From the IMG/VR virus record IMGVR_UViG_3300017706_000806, positions 1 to 55,825 of that record: 55,825 bases of DNA; one strand, 5' to 3'. Source of the stretch: a virus (lineage: Duplodnaviria > Caudoviricetes). Positions 25,164 to 35,600 of the stretch are shown in pieces. Every line of letters starts with the position of its first letter. The stretch's first letter is position 1. Position numbers and translations under genes: made by a program. The notes beneath the pieces were generated by a model, which ran no database searches, was not told where the DNA came from, and was given only the letters and a program-made list of their open reading frames with translations.

Positions 25164-26789
25164 ATGGAATATAATAAATATTACTGGCTAAATGAAGACA
25201 GCCGCACATTTCTATCAAGAGGATATATAACAGAAAGTCCTGAGCAAAGGATAAAAGATATTGCTATTAAAGCAGAAAAGTATTTAAATATAAAAGGGTT
25301 TGCTGAAAAGTTTGAGGATTATATGGCAAAAGGGTTTTACTCTTTGTCTACTCCTGTATGGATTAACTTTGGCAAGCAAAAAGGTCTACCTATTAGTTGT
25401 TATGGATCTAACGTTGATGATAATTTAGACAGCATTTTAAATGCAGGTCGTGAAATAGGGATGATGTCTAAGTATGGAGGAGGTACAAGTGCCTTTCTTG
25501 GAAACATTAGAGCTAGAGGAACTGAAATATCTACAGGAGGTAATGCTGATGGACCAATTCATTATGCTAAAATTTATGATACTGTAGTAGACGTTTGCAA
25601 GCAGTCTGAGGCCAGACGTGGTGCTTGTGCAGTATACCTACCAGTTGAGCATGCAGATATCTTAGAGTTCTTAGATATTGGCACAGAGGGTAATCCTATA
25701 CAGAATTTACAGTATGGTGTTACAGTCACTGACCAATGGATGAATGAAATGAAAGAGGGGGACAAAGCTAAACGTAAAGTATGGGCCAGGATTATTCAGA
25801 ACAGAAGTGAGTTTGGTTTTCCTTATGTTATGTTTAAAGATAACTCTAATAACAACTCTCCTTATAAAGAGCTTGGAATGGATATTACAGCATCTAATCT
25901 GTGTTCAGAGATCCAGCTTCCTACTGATAGTTATAACTCTTTTGTATGTTGTTTGGGTTCTATAAACCTATTGCACTGGGATCAGATAAAAGAAACTGAT
26001 GCAATTGAAACATATGTGTATTTCTTAAATGCAGTAATGGATGAATTCATTATTAAGTCTGAGACTATGCCAGGTATGAAGAGAGCATTTAACTTTGCTG
26101 AAAAACATAGAGCAATTGGTCTTGGTGTATTAGGTTATCACTCTTTGTTTCAATCTAAGCTTCTTGAGTTTGACTCATTGGAAGCTAAAGGATTAAATAG
26201 TGAAATCTTTAGAACGCTTAAAGACAGAAGTGAAATTGCTTCTAGAGAGTTACATAATGAGCATGGATACACATCTCTTAGAGAAGGGTATGCTAACACC
26301 ACTCTTATGGCCATTGCTCCTACTAAGTCTAGTTCATTTATACACGGTGCTGTGTCTATGGGTATAGAGCCTATCAAGTCTAATTACTTTATCAAGGATC
26401 TTGCTAAGTCTAAGACTATTTACAAGAACCCATTTTTAGAAGAGGAGCTTGAGAAGTATGGTCTAAATACAGACAAGACTTGGAAGTCTATCCTAAAGAA
26501 AGATGGTAGCGTACAACACTTAGATTTTCCTAGTAAGGCAGTGTTCAAGTCTTTTGTTGAGATATCTCCTAAAGAGATCGTGTTACAAGCAGCACAAAGA
26601 CAAAAATACATTGATCAATCGCAGTCATTAAACTTAATGATTGATCCATCCGTATCAGCTAAAGATGTTAATAAACTTTATATATACGCATGGGAGGAAG
26701 GTGTAAAGACTCTGTACTATCAGTTTAGTAAGAGTAGTGCACAAGACTTTGCTCGTAATATATTAGAATGCTCTAGCTGTGAAGGTTAA
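25164..26789 (+). CDS. nrdA: Ribonucleotide reductase alpha subunit (class I, no ATP-cone)
   Basis: LPISC, GGGT, SNLCSEI, CCLGSIN, AIAPT, KTLYY and C-terminal CSSCEG. Confidence 0.95.
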   Translation: MEYNKYYWLNEDSRTFLSRGYITESPEQRIKDIAIKAEKYLNIKGFAEKFEDYMAKGFYSLSTPVWINFGKQKGLPISCYGSNVDDNLDSILNAGREIGMMSKYGGGTSAFLGNIRARGTEISTGGNADGPIHYAKIYDTVVDVCKQSEARRGACAVYLPVEHADILEFLDIGTEGNPIQNLQYGVTVTDQWMNEMKEGDKAKRKVWARIIQNRSEFGFPYVMFKDNSNNNSPYKELGMDITASNLCSEIQLPTDSYNSFVCCLGSINLLHWDQIKETDAIETYVYFLNAVMDEFIIKSETMPGMKRAFNFAEKHRAIGLGVLGYHSLFQSKLLEFDSLEAKGLNSEIFRTLKDRSEIASRELHNEHGYTSLREGYANTTLMAIAPTKSSSFIHGAVSMGIEPIKSNYFIKDLAKSKTIYKNPFLEEELEKYGLNTDKTWKSILKKDGSVQHLDFPSKAVFKSFVEISPKEIVLQAAQRQKYIDQSQSLNLMIDPSVSAKDVNKLYIYAWEEGVKTLYYQFSKSSAQDFARNILECSSCEG

Positions 26790-26994
26790 ATTCTTATTGC
26801 TCTTGATTTGCCTAGGTTGCAGATCGGAGCAGGGTCTAGATAAAAGTCCCTTGCGGAATGATCTAGATAAAGATACTAATATACTAGACTGGTACGTAGA
26901 TGGTCAAGACACAATCATCTATACTAAGCAAGACTCTATAAGAGATGAACGTGAAAGACGTATCTTTATAGACTCACTATATCATGCAGAATAA
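26779..26994 (+). CDS. Putative lipoprotein
   Basis: MKVKFLLLLICLGC: basic n-region, hydrophobic core and lipobox Cys. Confidence 0.6.
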   Translation: MKVKFLLLLICLGCRSEQGLDKSPLRNDLDKDTNILDWYVDGQDTIIYTKQDSIRDERERRIFIDSLYHAE

Positions 26995-27030
26995 AAAGAA
27001 TCCCCGGCAATTACACCGGGGATTTTATAT
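26993..27030. terminator. Bidirectional terminator
   Basis: AATCCCCGG-caattaca-CCGGGGATT flanked by A- and T-runs, between convergent genes. Confidence 0.85.
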
Positions 27031-30000
27031 TTAGTATCTAATATTATACTTCTGTTCTTCAATTAAGTTATTCCATTTTTCTATACTATATAAAATTGGA
27101 ATGACATCTTTCCACTCTTTCCAAAGCTTCAGTTGACCTTTTCTATACCCTCTTTGATAAACATATGTTTTGTTGCTGCGGAACTCTTCATCAGTTTTTG
27201 TTATTAAACCAAGAGGTGTTCGTCCTGTTATTAGCAATGCATCAACCAAATTTTCAACATTTTTTGATGCAGAAATTGGATTGTTTACAAAACCAACTAA
27301 TTGATCAAATCCTGCTGCAGGAAAAAGAGGTACAAACTGTGTAGTCTCTGCAACTAATCTACCAGACTGTTTCTTCAATGCGTTTTTTAATTTTCTTACA
27401 TAAGGGCTATCATCATCATCTCCAGCAAGTGCTGAATCAAGAACTAGATTTATAGCCATAACAGATAGGATAATACCTAATTCACCCATACTTCTATAGA
27501 CACCTAATATTTTATTTGTTGCATATTGATCTCTATTACCACCCTCACCAACAAAACCTTGTTCTTTTAAAAATGAATCTTTATATTTTGCAATATCTAA
27601 ATTGCCTTTATAGATTTGTTCTTTAGCATGTCCTAAAAATTTCCAAAAAGATCTGTATCTTCCTTCCATATGACCTAAATTTTCATCAAAGTATTCTCTT
27701 TGAAATCTAGATCTTATTGCTGGTGCAACCCACTTCTTAAATTGAGCTGCAAGATTACCCAATACATAACTTTGTAAAACCATTTTATCATCGCTAGAAT
27801 AGTTACCATGTATTTGTTTATTGACTTCTCTTATTTCTTGGGTTATTATTGCTTTTGTTGTTTCATTGTAGTCTCTCTCAGTACCATTTTTAAAAATTAC
27901 TTTATCATATCCTTCTTTTAATCTAGTCTTATGAGTTTTAGTATCAAAGACATGAGCATCATAATAAGATAATGTCTCTCCAGTCTCTGAGTTTTTCATC
28001 ATATAGTTTTGAGAACTCATGATGATTGCCATTCCAACCTTAGTTTGGACATTATATTCAGCAGCATCTTGCATTACATAACCAACTCTTTTAAATCTTT
28101 GCCAGATGGTTTCAGCATCTTTGCTTTTATTACCAGACTCACGGAGATCACTAGAAGGATCCATCATGCGTAACTCCTCTACAAAGGCTTCATATAAGTT
28201 ATTTGCTAAATCTGGATCATAGGTTGATGTTTTAATACCGGCCTTTCCAAGTGTAGCTATATCTGCTAATTCAACAGTAGCAGATCCAAGTCTCTGAAAA
28301 AGACCAGACTGTAATCCCTGTAGATTAAACTCTTTGCTTGCTCGGATGTAAGCACTTTTATCAAAAAATCTTCCACCAAGCATTTCAATGTTATTGTTAA
28401 TCCTACCCATCAAGTAGTTATTAAGGTTACCCAAAGGGTTAAATGCAACATAGGTTAAAGAAGAAAGAGATATTAACTTTGAAGCAATCTTGCTAGCTGC
28501 TCCTTTTGAAACAAGTTCGTTATCATAGAACACCATAGACATATACTTCCTTGCTCTCTTTTCTACATTGGATGCATCTCCTGATTCCTGTCTTGAAACA
28601 CCAGTTGTTCTTAAAACACCATCAACACCTTTTTGAAACCAAGTTTCATTTGAGTTACTTGATTGATAATCTTTATCTGAAATAACTTTTACAAAGGCAT
28701 TTAAGGTATCTTCAATTTGACCCATCACCTCATAATGCTCTGCCATTGCACTAAACTGTAATAAACTTGAAGCCATATCTGTGCTTACTTCACCCACAGC
28801 TGGCTTATTCCTTAGTGAATTAGCTTTACCATTTAACAAAGCTATCTGTTGTTTGTAATTAGCTTTTGTTATTTTATCTTGTTTATAATCATCTTTCAAA
28901 GCTCTAATATCAGCCTCTACAGTTTCAAGTGCTCCATCTACGGCTGCAGATCCGGTTAAGAATACAGGTAACCCTTTATATATACTACCATCTTCGTTAG
29001 CTAACAAAGTCTTTTCACTGGCCGTTCTTTCAGTAAGGTTCTTCCAACTCCTAACTGTATTTGAATATAGTTTAGTAAATAGTGATCCCTCTTCTTTTAA
29101 TGTAGACACCAACTCATTTCTAACTAATGGCACTCTACCAAGCATCTGATTCTGTTGCTGTTCTGGTAGCTTCTTTAACAGTTCATCTTCATAGTACTGA
29201 ACATACATCTCATAAAACTCTCTTTGAGCTAAAGTTAATGCATCTGTTTTGCTAGGATCATATAGAGCTTCATACTTTTCACTACGCATGCTTTCTCCAT
29301 TTCCTGACACCTCTCTTGGTTCTATATAGTCTCTCTTAACTCCTTTATTATACTCTTGATTTAAGATAACTGCACCTGTAGCCGCTCCATCAACTCTTAT
29401 AGCTTTTGTATATGTTCTGTTTTCATAATACTTTGCTTTATAAGCAGTGTACTCTGCTAAGTCAACGTTATTTCTAACAATCCAATATCCATTGCTTAAA
29501 ATTTCAAACTTATTTCTAGCATCTATGAATTCCTGAGTATACTTATGGTATACACCATCTAGTCTATTTCCATTATCATCAATGATTTCTGCCCTCATAA
29601 AGTCAGAGTATGCCTTCTTCTTATCCGCTAAATCTTTATTAAAAGCTAACTCTTCAGCTGTACCATCTTCTACATTTAGTATAGGATTATAATCATAAGG
29701 AGTTCCATTATTGTCAGACAATTCTTTATACAGGTCTTGAGCCATAGTATAATACTTCTGGCCTATTTTCTTTGTGTAAAATCCTGTAAATTTATTATCA
29801 GAATCAAACTCAAGCATAAAATCAAAAATTCTTTGTTTGTCAGAACCTGGAGATAGCTTAAATAATTTTTCTCCAGTCTTTCTAATAACTTCTTCTCTAA
29901 CACCTATCTTATTTAAAAGAACTTGCTTTTGTCTTTTGTAGATCTTGTCCATAATAGTTAACAAGGTCTCTCCTGAAGTAGCCATGTCTTTTGTCATTAG

Positions 30001-32661
30001 TTCAGTAAGACTTATGTCCCTAGAGAACTTTACCCCACCACCTTCTATTATTTCTTTTAAATCTTCTTCTGTGAACAAACTGTTCTCAGCACCAAATTCT
30101 TTATTAGAAAGCTCTCTTACTTTTTCTGTAACAAAATCTACAACAGCAGTATTTATTATACCCTCTCTTTTCTTCGTACCCACTAATTGATTATACAAAG
30201 AATTCATTTGGAGAACCATTGATGTCTGGGTTGCATTAAGCTCATTACTTTCTGATAAATTAAAGAGATCTTTATAGGTAGTTAGAAATCTCTGAAAGTT
30301 CATAACATAGCTTATATACTCAGGCTTGTTAATATTTTTAGGATTTTCAACATACTCTTGGAATTCTCTAATTTCTCTTAAAGCATATCTTAACATAGCT
30401 GTATAAGTTCGTGATCTTTGAATTGATCCTTCTCCCATAGTTAAAGATATAAGTCCTATTGCTTTAGATATCTCATCTCGTGTTGCTTTTTCACTCTGTT
30501 TTAAAAATACTTTATTATCAATCTGTTCTAGACCTTTCAGTTTCTTTGTTAGACCTTCTCTAAATGCAGCCAGTGCATTAAAGATTGTATTGTATTCAGG
30601 ATATTCTGCAGCTGTACCCTCCTCTGTATTAACAGATTCATCATCTCTACCTACATAAGGTTGTTCAGGATCATTCTTAATCTTTTCATTTAATATATCT
30701 TGCTGAAAATTATCTATCTGATAAGGAAGTAATTCATTAACAAGATTAATATTTTCACTTGGCGCATGTTGATGCACACCATCTATATCAATCTTACCAT
30801 TAAACTTTTGATTCTTACCTTGACCACTAACACCTGATATAACATGAATGGTGGCAGCACCATGATAGTCTGCTTGGATCTTATAACCCATGTTTTCAAG
30901 CATGCGTCTTTGCAGTCCTACCTTTAAGTTATGTTTAGCCCTAGCAGAAAGTTTGTTTTTATTTTTTAATCCTTTTAAAGAAAATATATCACTGAAGCTG
31001 CTTGAGGTGCTCATTAAATCAATAACCTTTATTGCACCAGTAGGATCCATTATAACAACATCAGCTTTTGTAGCAACTTTCTTTTCAGAATCAAATAAAA
31101 CAACTTGAGGAATAGCTACAGACCCCATAGGTTTCAAAACTTTCAATTGATACGTAAACTTCTTGTACATTTCTGCAGCCTCTTCTTGACTTAAAACTTT
31201 CATTGTGTCAGCTGCAAAGTCAGATCCAATAATTGCAGCACTCAATAAAGTATTTAAATCATCTTTGATGTTTAAATCTAATTGTGTTTCTTTTTGATCA
31301 ACTGATGTATCTTCAATTAATTGATCTACTGATTTATACACTTCACCTGTAGTGATATTATAATATGTATTATCTGATTTATTTAATACTACAATATCAC
31401 TTCCTTCTGCTGCCACGTTTATATTTGCTGATAAACTATCAATTTTAGTTTTATCTTTTGTTACAGAATTAAACATCTGCTGAATAATAGTCTTCTGTGT
31501 AGGATTATCTCCTGCTTGTTCTAATAAAGAATCATAGACTTTCTGCTTTTCTGGTGTAAGAGAATATCTTATTTTACCATTAGCAACTTTTTCTAATTTA
31601 AACCTTATACCTTCAGTATTCAAAAGCTTTGCTAAATCACTAAATGTACTTTGGCTATTAATTGCAGTAACAGGCAATGTCCCACCTGTTATATACTTAC
31701 TCAAATCTTTTATGACATTCATAAACCACTCTAAAGCTTCTTGAATTCTATTTAAGAAAGATTTAGTAGGTTGATTTTCATATTCATTTTTAAAATGTCT
31801 AGTTAGTGCTTGAGTTACTATTTCAAGATCTCTTTCTAACTGAGTAAAGTTTCTTCTTTTGTTATAAGCATCAGTAATTTGTTGAGCTAGCTCAGGAAAA
31901 TTTTTCTTTGCTTCAGCAAGTAACCCATCAAATAATTCTGAATTATCTACTTTAATTGCATCAATGAATGGATGCAACATTTCTTCTATTGCTGTTTCAT
32001 CAGTGACTCTACCTCTAATTAAATACGCAGTTCCATCAACATAAAAAGAATTAACCTCAGAAAAGTTAGCCGTTGTCTTCTTCCATTGTGGCAATCTAGC
32101 ATATAATGCTTCAGCATCAGAAACAGATAACATCTTTACTCTAATCTGCGGAAACATTTTCATTAGATGTGTAACTACAGCCCTTGATCTATTAGTATCC
32201 CATGATCTAGAACCAGGTAATACATCTCTAACAGTAAAAAGATCACTATCAACTTTAACTTTATAACTTAATGGAGTTCTTGTTATGCGTACTGACTCAA
32301 GAGGAATATTATTTATTTCTAAATATCTAGTTAGTCTATTAAGATTGTTCTGTAAAAATCTTTCATCATACTCTCTAGTTTCAGGATTGGAATTATTAAT
32401 TAAATAAGTATCTTGATACTTATGAATTATCTTTTCTCTTCTTAAGTTATTTAATACACTTTCCCCAAAGCTTCTTTGCTTTAATGCAAAAGATGTTTTA
32501 TTAGTTTTAACAAAGTCCTTTGCTTCAACAACAGTTGGAAACACATCAGTATCATTTGTATTTTGCCAAGAAATAATAACATTATTAGTAACTAATTCGC
32601 TACCATAAACCTTTTGTAGTGCTTTATATTCTGCAGTATTTTTATTTGGACATGTTGCCAT
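27031..32661 (-). CDS. Large virion cargo protein (vRNAP-associated) with degenerate zincin and PD-(D/E)xK domains
   Basis: 1876 aa, directly after the vRNAP gene. Contains EEMLH, KADVVI...IDLMS and a C-terminal IHGNY...QFKKW...EGRY region. Confidence 0.8.
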   Translation of the reverse strand: MATCPNKNTAEYKALQKVYGSELVTNNVIISWQNTNDTDVFPTVVEAKDFVKTNKTSFALKQRSFGESVLNNLRREKIIHKYQDTYLINNSNPETREYDERFLQNNLNRLTRYLEINNIPLESVRITRTPLSYKVKVDSDLFTVRDVLPGSRSWDTNRSRAVVTHLMKMFPQIRVKMLSVSDAEALYARLPQWKKTTANFSEVNSFYVDGTAYLIRGRVTDETAIEEMLHPFIDAIKVDNSELFDGLLAEAKKNFPELAQQITDAYNKRRNFTQLERDLEIVTQALTRHFKNEYENQPTKSFLNRIQEALEWFMNVIKDLSKYITGGTLPVTAINSQSTFSDLAKLLNTEGIRFKLEKVANGKIRYSLTPEKQKVYDSLLEQAGDNPTQKTIIQQMFNSVTKDKTKIDSLSANINVAAEGSDIVVLNKSDNTYYNITTGEVYKSVDQLIEDTSVDQKETQLDLNIKDDLNTLLSAAIIGSDFAADTMKVLSQEEAAEMYKKFTYQLKVLKPMGSVAIPQVVLFDSEKKVATKADVVIMDPTGAIKVIDLMSTSSSFSDIFSLKGLKNKNKLSARAKHNLKVGLQRRMLENMGYKIQADYHGAATIHVISGVSGQGKNQKFNGKIDIDGVHQHAPSENINLVNELLPYQIDNFQQDILNEKIKNDPEQPYVGRDDESVNTEEGTAAEYPEYNTIFNALAAFREGLTKKLKGLEQIDNKVFLKQSEKATRDEISKAIGLISLTMGEGSIQRSRTYTAMLRYALREIREFQEYVENPKNINKPEYISYVMNFQRFLTTYKDLFNLSESNELNATQTSMVLQMNSLYNQLVGTKKREGIINTAVVDFVTEKVRELSNKEFGAENSLFTEEDLKEIIEGGGVKFSRDISLTELMTKDMATSGETLLTIMDKIYKRQKQVLLNKIGVREEVIRKTGEKLFKLSPGSDKQRIFDFMLEFDSDNKFTGFYTKKIGQKYYTMAQDLYKELSDNNGTPYDYNPILNVEDGTAEELAFNKDLADKKKAYSDFMRAEIIDDNGNRLDGVYHKYTQEFIDARNKFEILSNGYWIVRNNVDLAEYTAYKAKYYENRTYTKAIRVDGAATGAVILNQEYNKGVKRDYIEPREVSGNGESMRSEKYEALYDPSKTDALTLAQREFYEMYVQYYEDELLKKLPEQQQNQMLGRVPLVRNELVSTLKEEGSLFTKLYSNTVRSWKNLTERTASEKTLLANEDGSIYKGLPVFLTGSAAVDGALETVEADIRALKDDYKQDKITKANYKQQIALLNGKANSLRNKPAVGEVSTDMASSLLQFSAMAEHYEVMGQIEDTLNAFVKVISDKDYQSSNSNETWFQKGVDGVLRTTGVSRQESGDASNVEKRARKYMSMVFYDNELVSKGAASKIASKLISLSSLTYVAFNPLGNLNNYLMGRINNNIEMLGGRFFDKSAYIRASKEFNLQGLQSGLFQRLGSATVELADIATLGKAGIKTSTYDPDLANNLYEAFVEELRMMDPSSDLRESGNKSKDAETIWQRFKRVGYVMQDAAEYNVQTKVGMAIIMSSQNYMMKNSETGETLSYYDAHVFDTKTHKTRLKEGYDKVIFKNGTERDYNETTKAIITQEIREVNKQIHGNYSSDDKMVLQSYVLGNLAAQFKKWVAPAIRSRFQREYFDENLGHMEGRYRSFWKFLGHAKEQIYKGNLDIAKYKDSFLKEQGFVGEGGNRDQYATNKILGVYRSMGELGIILSVMAINLVLDSALAGDDDDSPYVRKLKNALKKQSGRLVAETTQFVPLFPAAGFDQLVGFVNNPISASKNVENLVDALLITGRTPLGLITKTDEEFRSNKTYVYQRGYRKGQLKLWKEWKDVIPILYSIEKWNNLIEEQKYNIRY

Positions 32662-32687
32662 AACTTATATATCTTATTATTTTTGAT

Positions 32688-35600
32688 TTATAAACATCCT
32701 AAAGATTCAAGAAACTGTTCATCTGAAGTATAAATATTATTATTCTTACGTGACTCAATTAAATCATTCAAAGATAATATATTTTGTGCTTTTAATTTAG
32801 TCAACAAATCAGCATTATTTTTAATGTTTTTGTTCCAATAATCTACTATCTCTGTATATGGATCCTCAAGCTGTAATTTTAATTGATTATACAACTGTGA
32901 ATCCAATGATGTAACAGATTCTTCTGTCTCTAACAGTTCATTTTTAGTTCCACTAATTGGTTGAACTAACTTTAAAACAGCTTTTCTATTTCCGTTATCT
33001 TCACCCCATTTCATTATTTTACCTGTTGTTACAGACATTATTTTATTGTCTTTATTAACAAGATATTTCTTGCCAAGATATTCAACAACTTGAGCCTGCC
33101 CTCTTTGTACAGCTAAGTTTCCAGCAAGCTTATTTCTATCAACACTGCTTTCTTTAAATACCTCAACTCCTTTTTTATTGAAAAATTTATTACCCCTTAC
33201 AGTATAGGTTTGTTTTTCTTTACCTTTAGGTGTATACGTTATTGTTTCAACCTCACTAGCTTGTTGTGTTGGTTGTGCTGGTGAATTTAAAAGATCCATT
33301 AAACCAGCAGCTGATACAGAATTGTCCTCTACATCTGTTTCTGTAACTTCATCTATAGGTTTACCATTAACTTTTAATGTATCAGATGTAGCTTCAATGT
33401 TTGCACTTTCATCTTTTAACAGTCTTTCCCGTATCTGATCTTGTTGACTTTCTTGATCTTCAGTAAACGTTTGATCTTGGACAGGTTGATTAGGACTTAA
33501 ATTCTTTTCAGACACATATGCTCTATTTTCAGCATACGTTGGTCTTTTACCAAACATAAATCCTATACCGCTTTGTTGATTAGACCCATACGTTGAAACT
33601 TCTACAAAAGTATCTGTAATGCCTCCTTCATTTAATTGTTCACCAGTGTCAACTTCTGACCTAATATATGTTACATAAAAACTTGAAACGTTATCTGTGT
33701 AATTTACTCGGATGTAATTAAATCCTTCAGATTCATTTCTTTCAAATACAAGTGATTTATCCTTTCTGTTTATCTTTCTTATTGTACTTGTTGTATCTTT
33801 ATTTGCATCCATGTTAGTTACAACAGTGTATGTATTTAATAAAGCATTATTAACATTAGATTGCATATAACCATCAACAAACTCTTTTTCAAATTCATCA
33901 AAAGTTAAACCAAAGGTTGACATCATCTTTTCATCTGATGCATCTCTTAATCCTTGATTTGCAGTATCAATTTGAGATAGAAAATCATTCATTATAAAAG
34001 GACTAACAGCATCTAGTAATGAACCATACTTTAATTGCAAACCATCTTTAACCATCATGTAATTAACAATAGACAAAGCATCACTTCTAGTATCTGCTGT
34101 ACCATATATTTTAGCAAATGAAGTTTGAAGATCTACTTTTTGTAATGGGTTCATACTTAAAAAAGTATTTGCCTCAGCTAAGTTCATTCCTGTTTGATTA
34201 CTTATATCATTAGCACTTTTCACTTGAACAAAAGAGTTTAAGAAAAAGTTATCTTGCATATCTTCTCTTGCCCTAAGCTTATCAACTAACTTAACAATTG
34301 AATTAACTGACTCTATTTCAGGAAGAGGGTATATAAAATTATTATCTAAGTTGGCTACAAACTGTGAGTTATTTTCAGACTTTAATTGATTATGTTGATA
34401 TGCTTTAATTGTAACATATGATAATAAGTCTCTTGATACTGCAGCAAGAGCTTCTTCATTAAATTCAATATTATTTTGATTTACATCCTGTAATGTAGTA
34501 TTTAATATTGACTGGAAAGGTGTACTAGCAGACAAGAATGTTGCTGGTAAGATCTGATCAACTACTTGATTAAATATTTCAATGTACTTAGATTGCCAAG
34601 TTTCACTTTTGTAGATCTTAGACAAATCCATCATTGGCTTAATTTGTTTTGTTTTACCACTTTTTGATAATAGAATTTGTGGCTCAAGTAAAGAATTTAT
34701 ATCAGCTTTCTTTTTATTTACAGCTGAAATATCTTTACCAAGACCAGTAGTAAGATTTGACACAGATGACATCTTTCTTGTAAACTCTTGAATCTCAACT
34801 CCTTTTAAAAATTCAGTTAATATAGAAATTTTCTCAATATCACTGAGGTCTTCTTCATTTTCAATAGCTTCATATAGTAGTTCATCTGTTAATGGAACCA
34901 AAGATAAATCTCTATTAGCTGGTGTTCTCAACTCTTCTATTGCTGCTGTTGCTAACTTCTTAACTCCAGGATCTAACTTTTCTACTTTATTTAACGCCTT
35001 ATCATAAATCTTTTGTATAGTAGGATTATTGACCAATAACAAAGAGGTGCGGATTGGCACTCCCAATGCAGTAAGATTTCCTACTAAGTTTAATGCTGAT
35101 CTATTAAGACCAAGTTTTGCAACTAATCTTTCTTTTGCATCATCTGTAGCCATAGTAATTAAAGAAGAAATAATATCTTGCTTTCTAAGGCCATCTTTGT
35201 CTTTAGTTATCTTTTCTCTAAGAACACCAAAGTTATCATATGAAACACCATTAATATTGATAATCTTGCTTTTATCTTCAATTGAAACATCATACTCAGT
35301 CAATAAACTTAAATTGACATTAGGAGATACAATGGCTCCAATAGCAGCCCCTTTGTTATTTTTAAATGCATTTATTTTTCCTAGTAAGTTGTTTATATCA
35401 ATAGAATCTTCAGCATCTCTTTTCGCAAATAAATTTCTTGTCTCACCTGTACTAAGATTAATTAATCCTTGTAACTCACTTTTTAATATATCTAAAGCAG
35501 CAGGCTGGTAAGAAATAGGTAACTCTTCACCTACTGTATCTTCAGTAACTGCAGTGTTCCCCATTAATGCATACTTGTAATCTAAGATCCTGTTATTCAT

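Noticed and set aside
12342-26789. Inteins or introns in PolB or RNR
   Set aside because: Protein lengths are compact, motifs are contiguous and no splice-junction or homing-endonuclease motifs are present.
23240-26994. TM/coiled-coil protein plus lipoprotein as an i-spanin/o-spanin pair
   Set aside because: They are on opposite strands, 3 kb apart and in different transcription units, and no endolysin is recognisable in the window.
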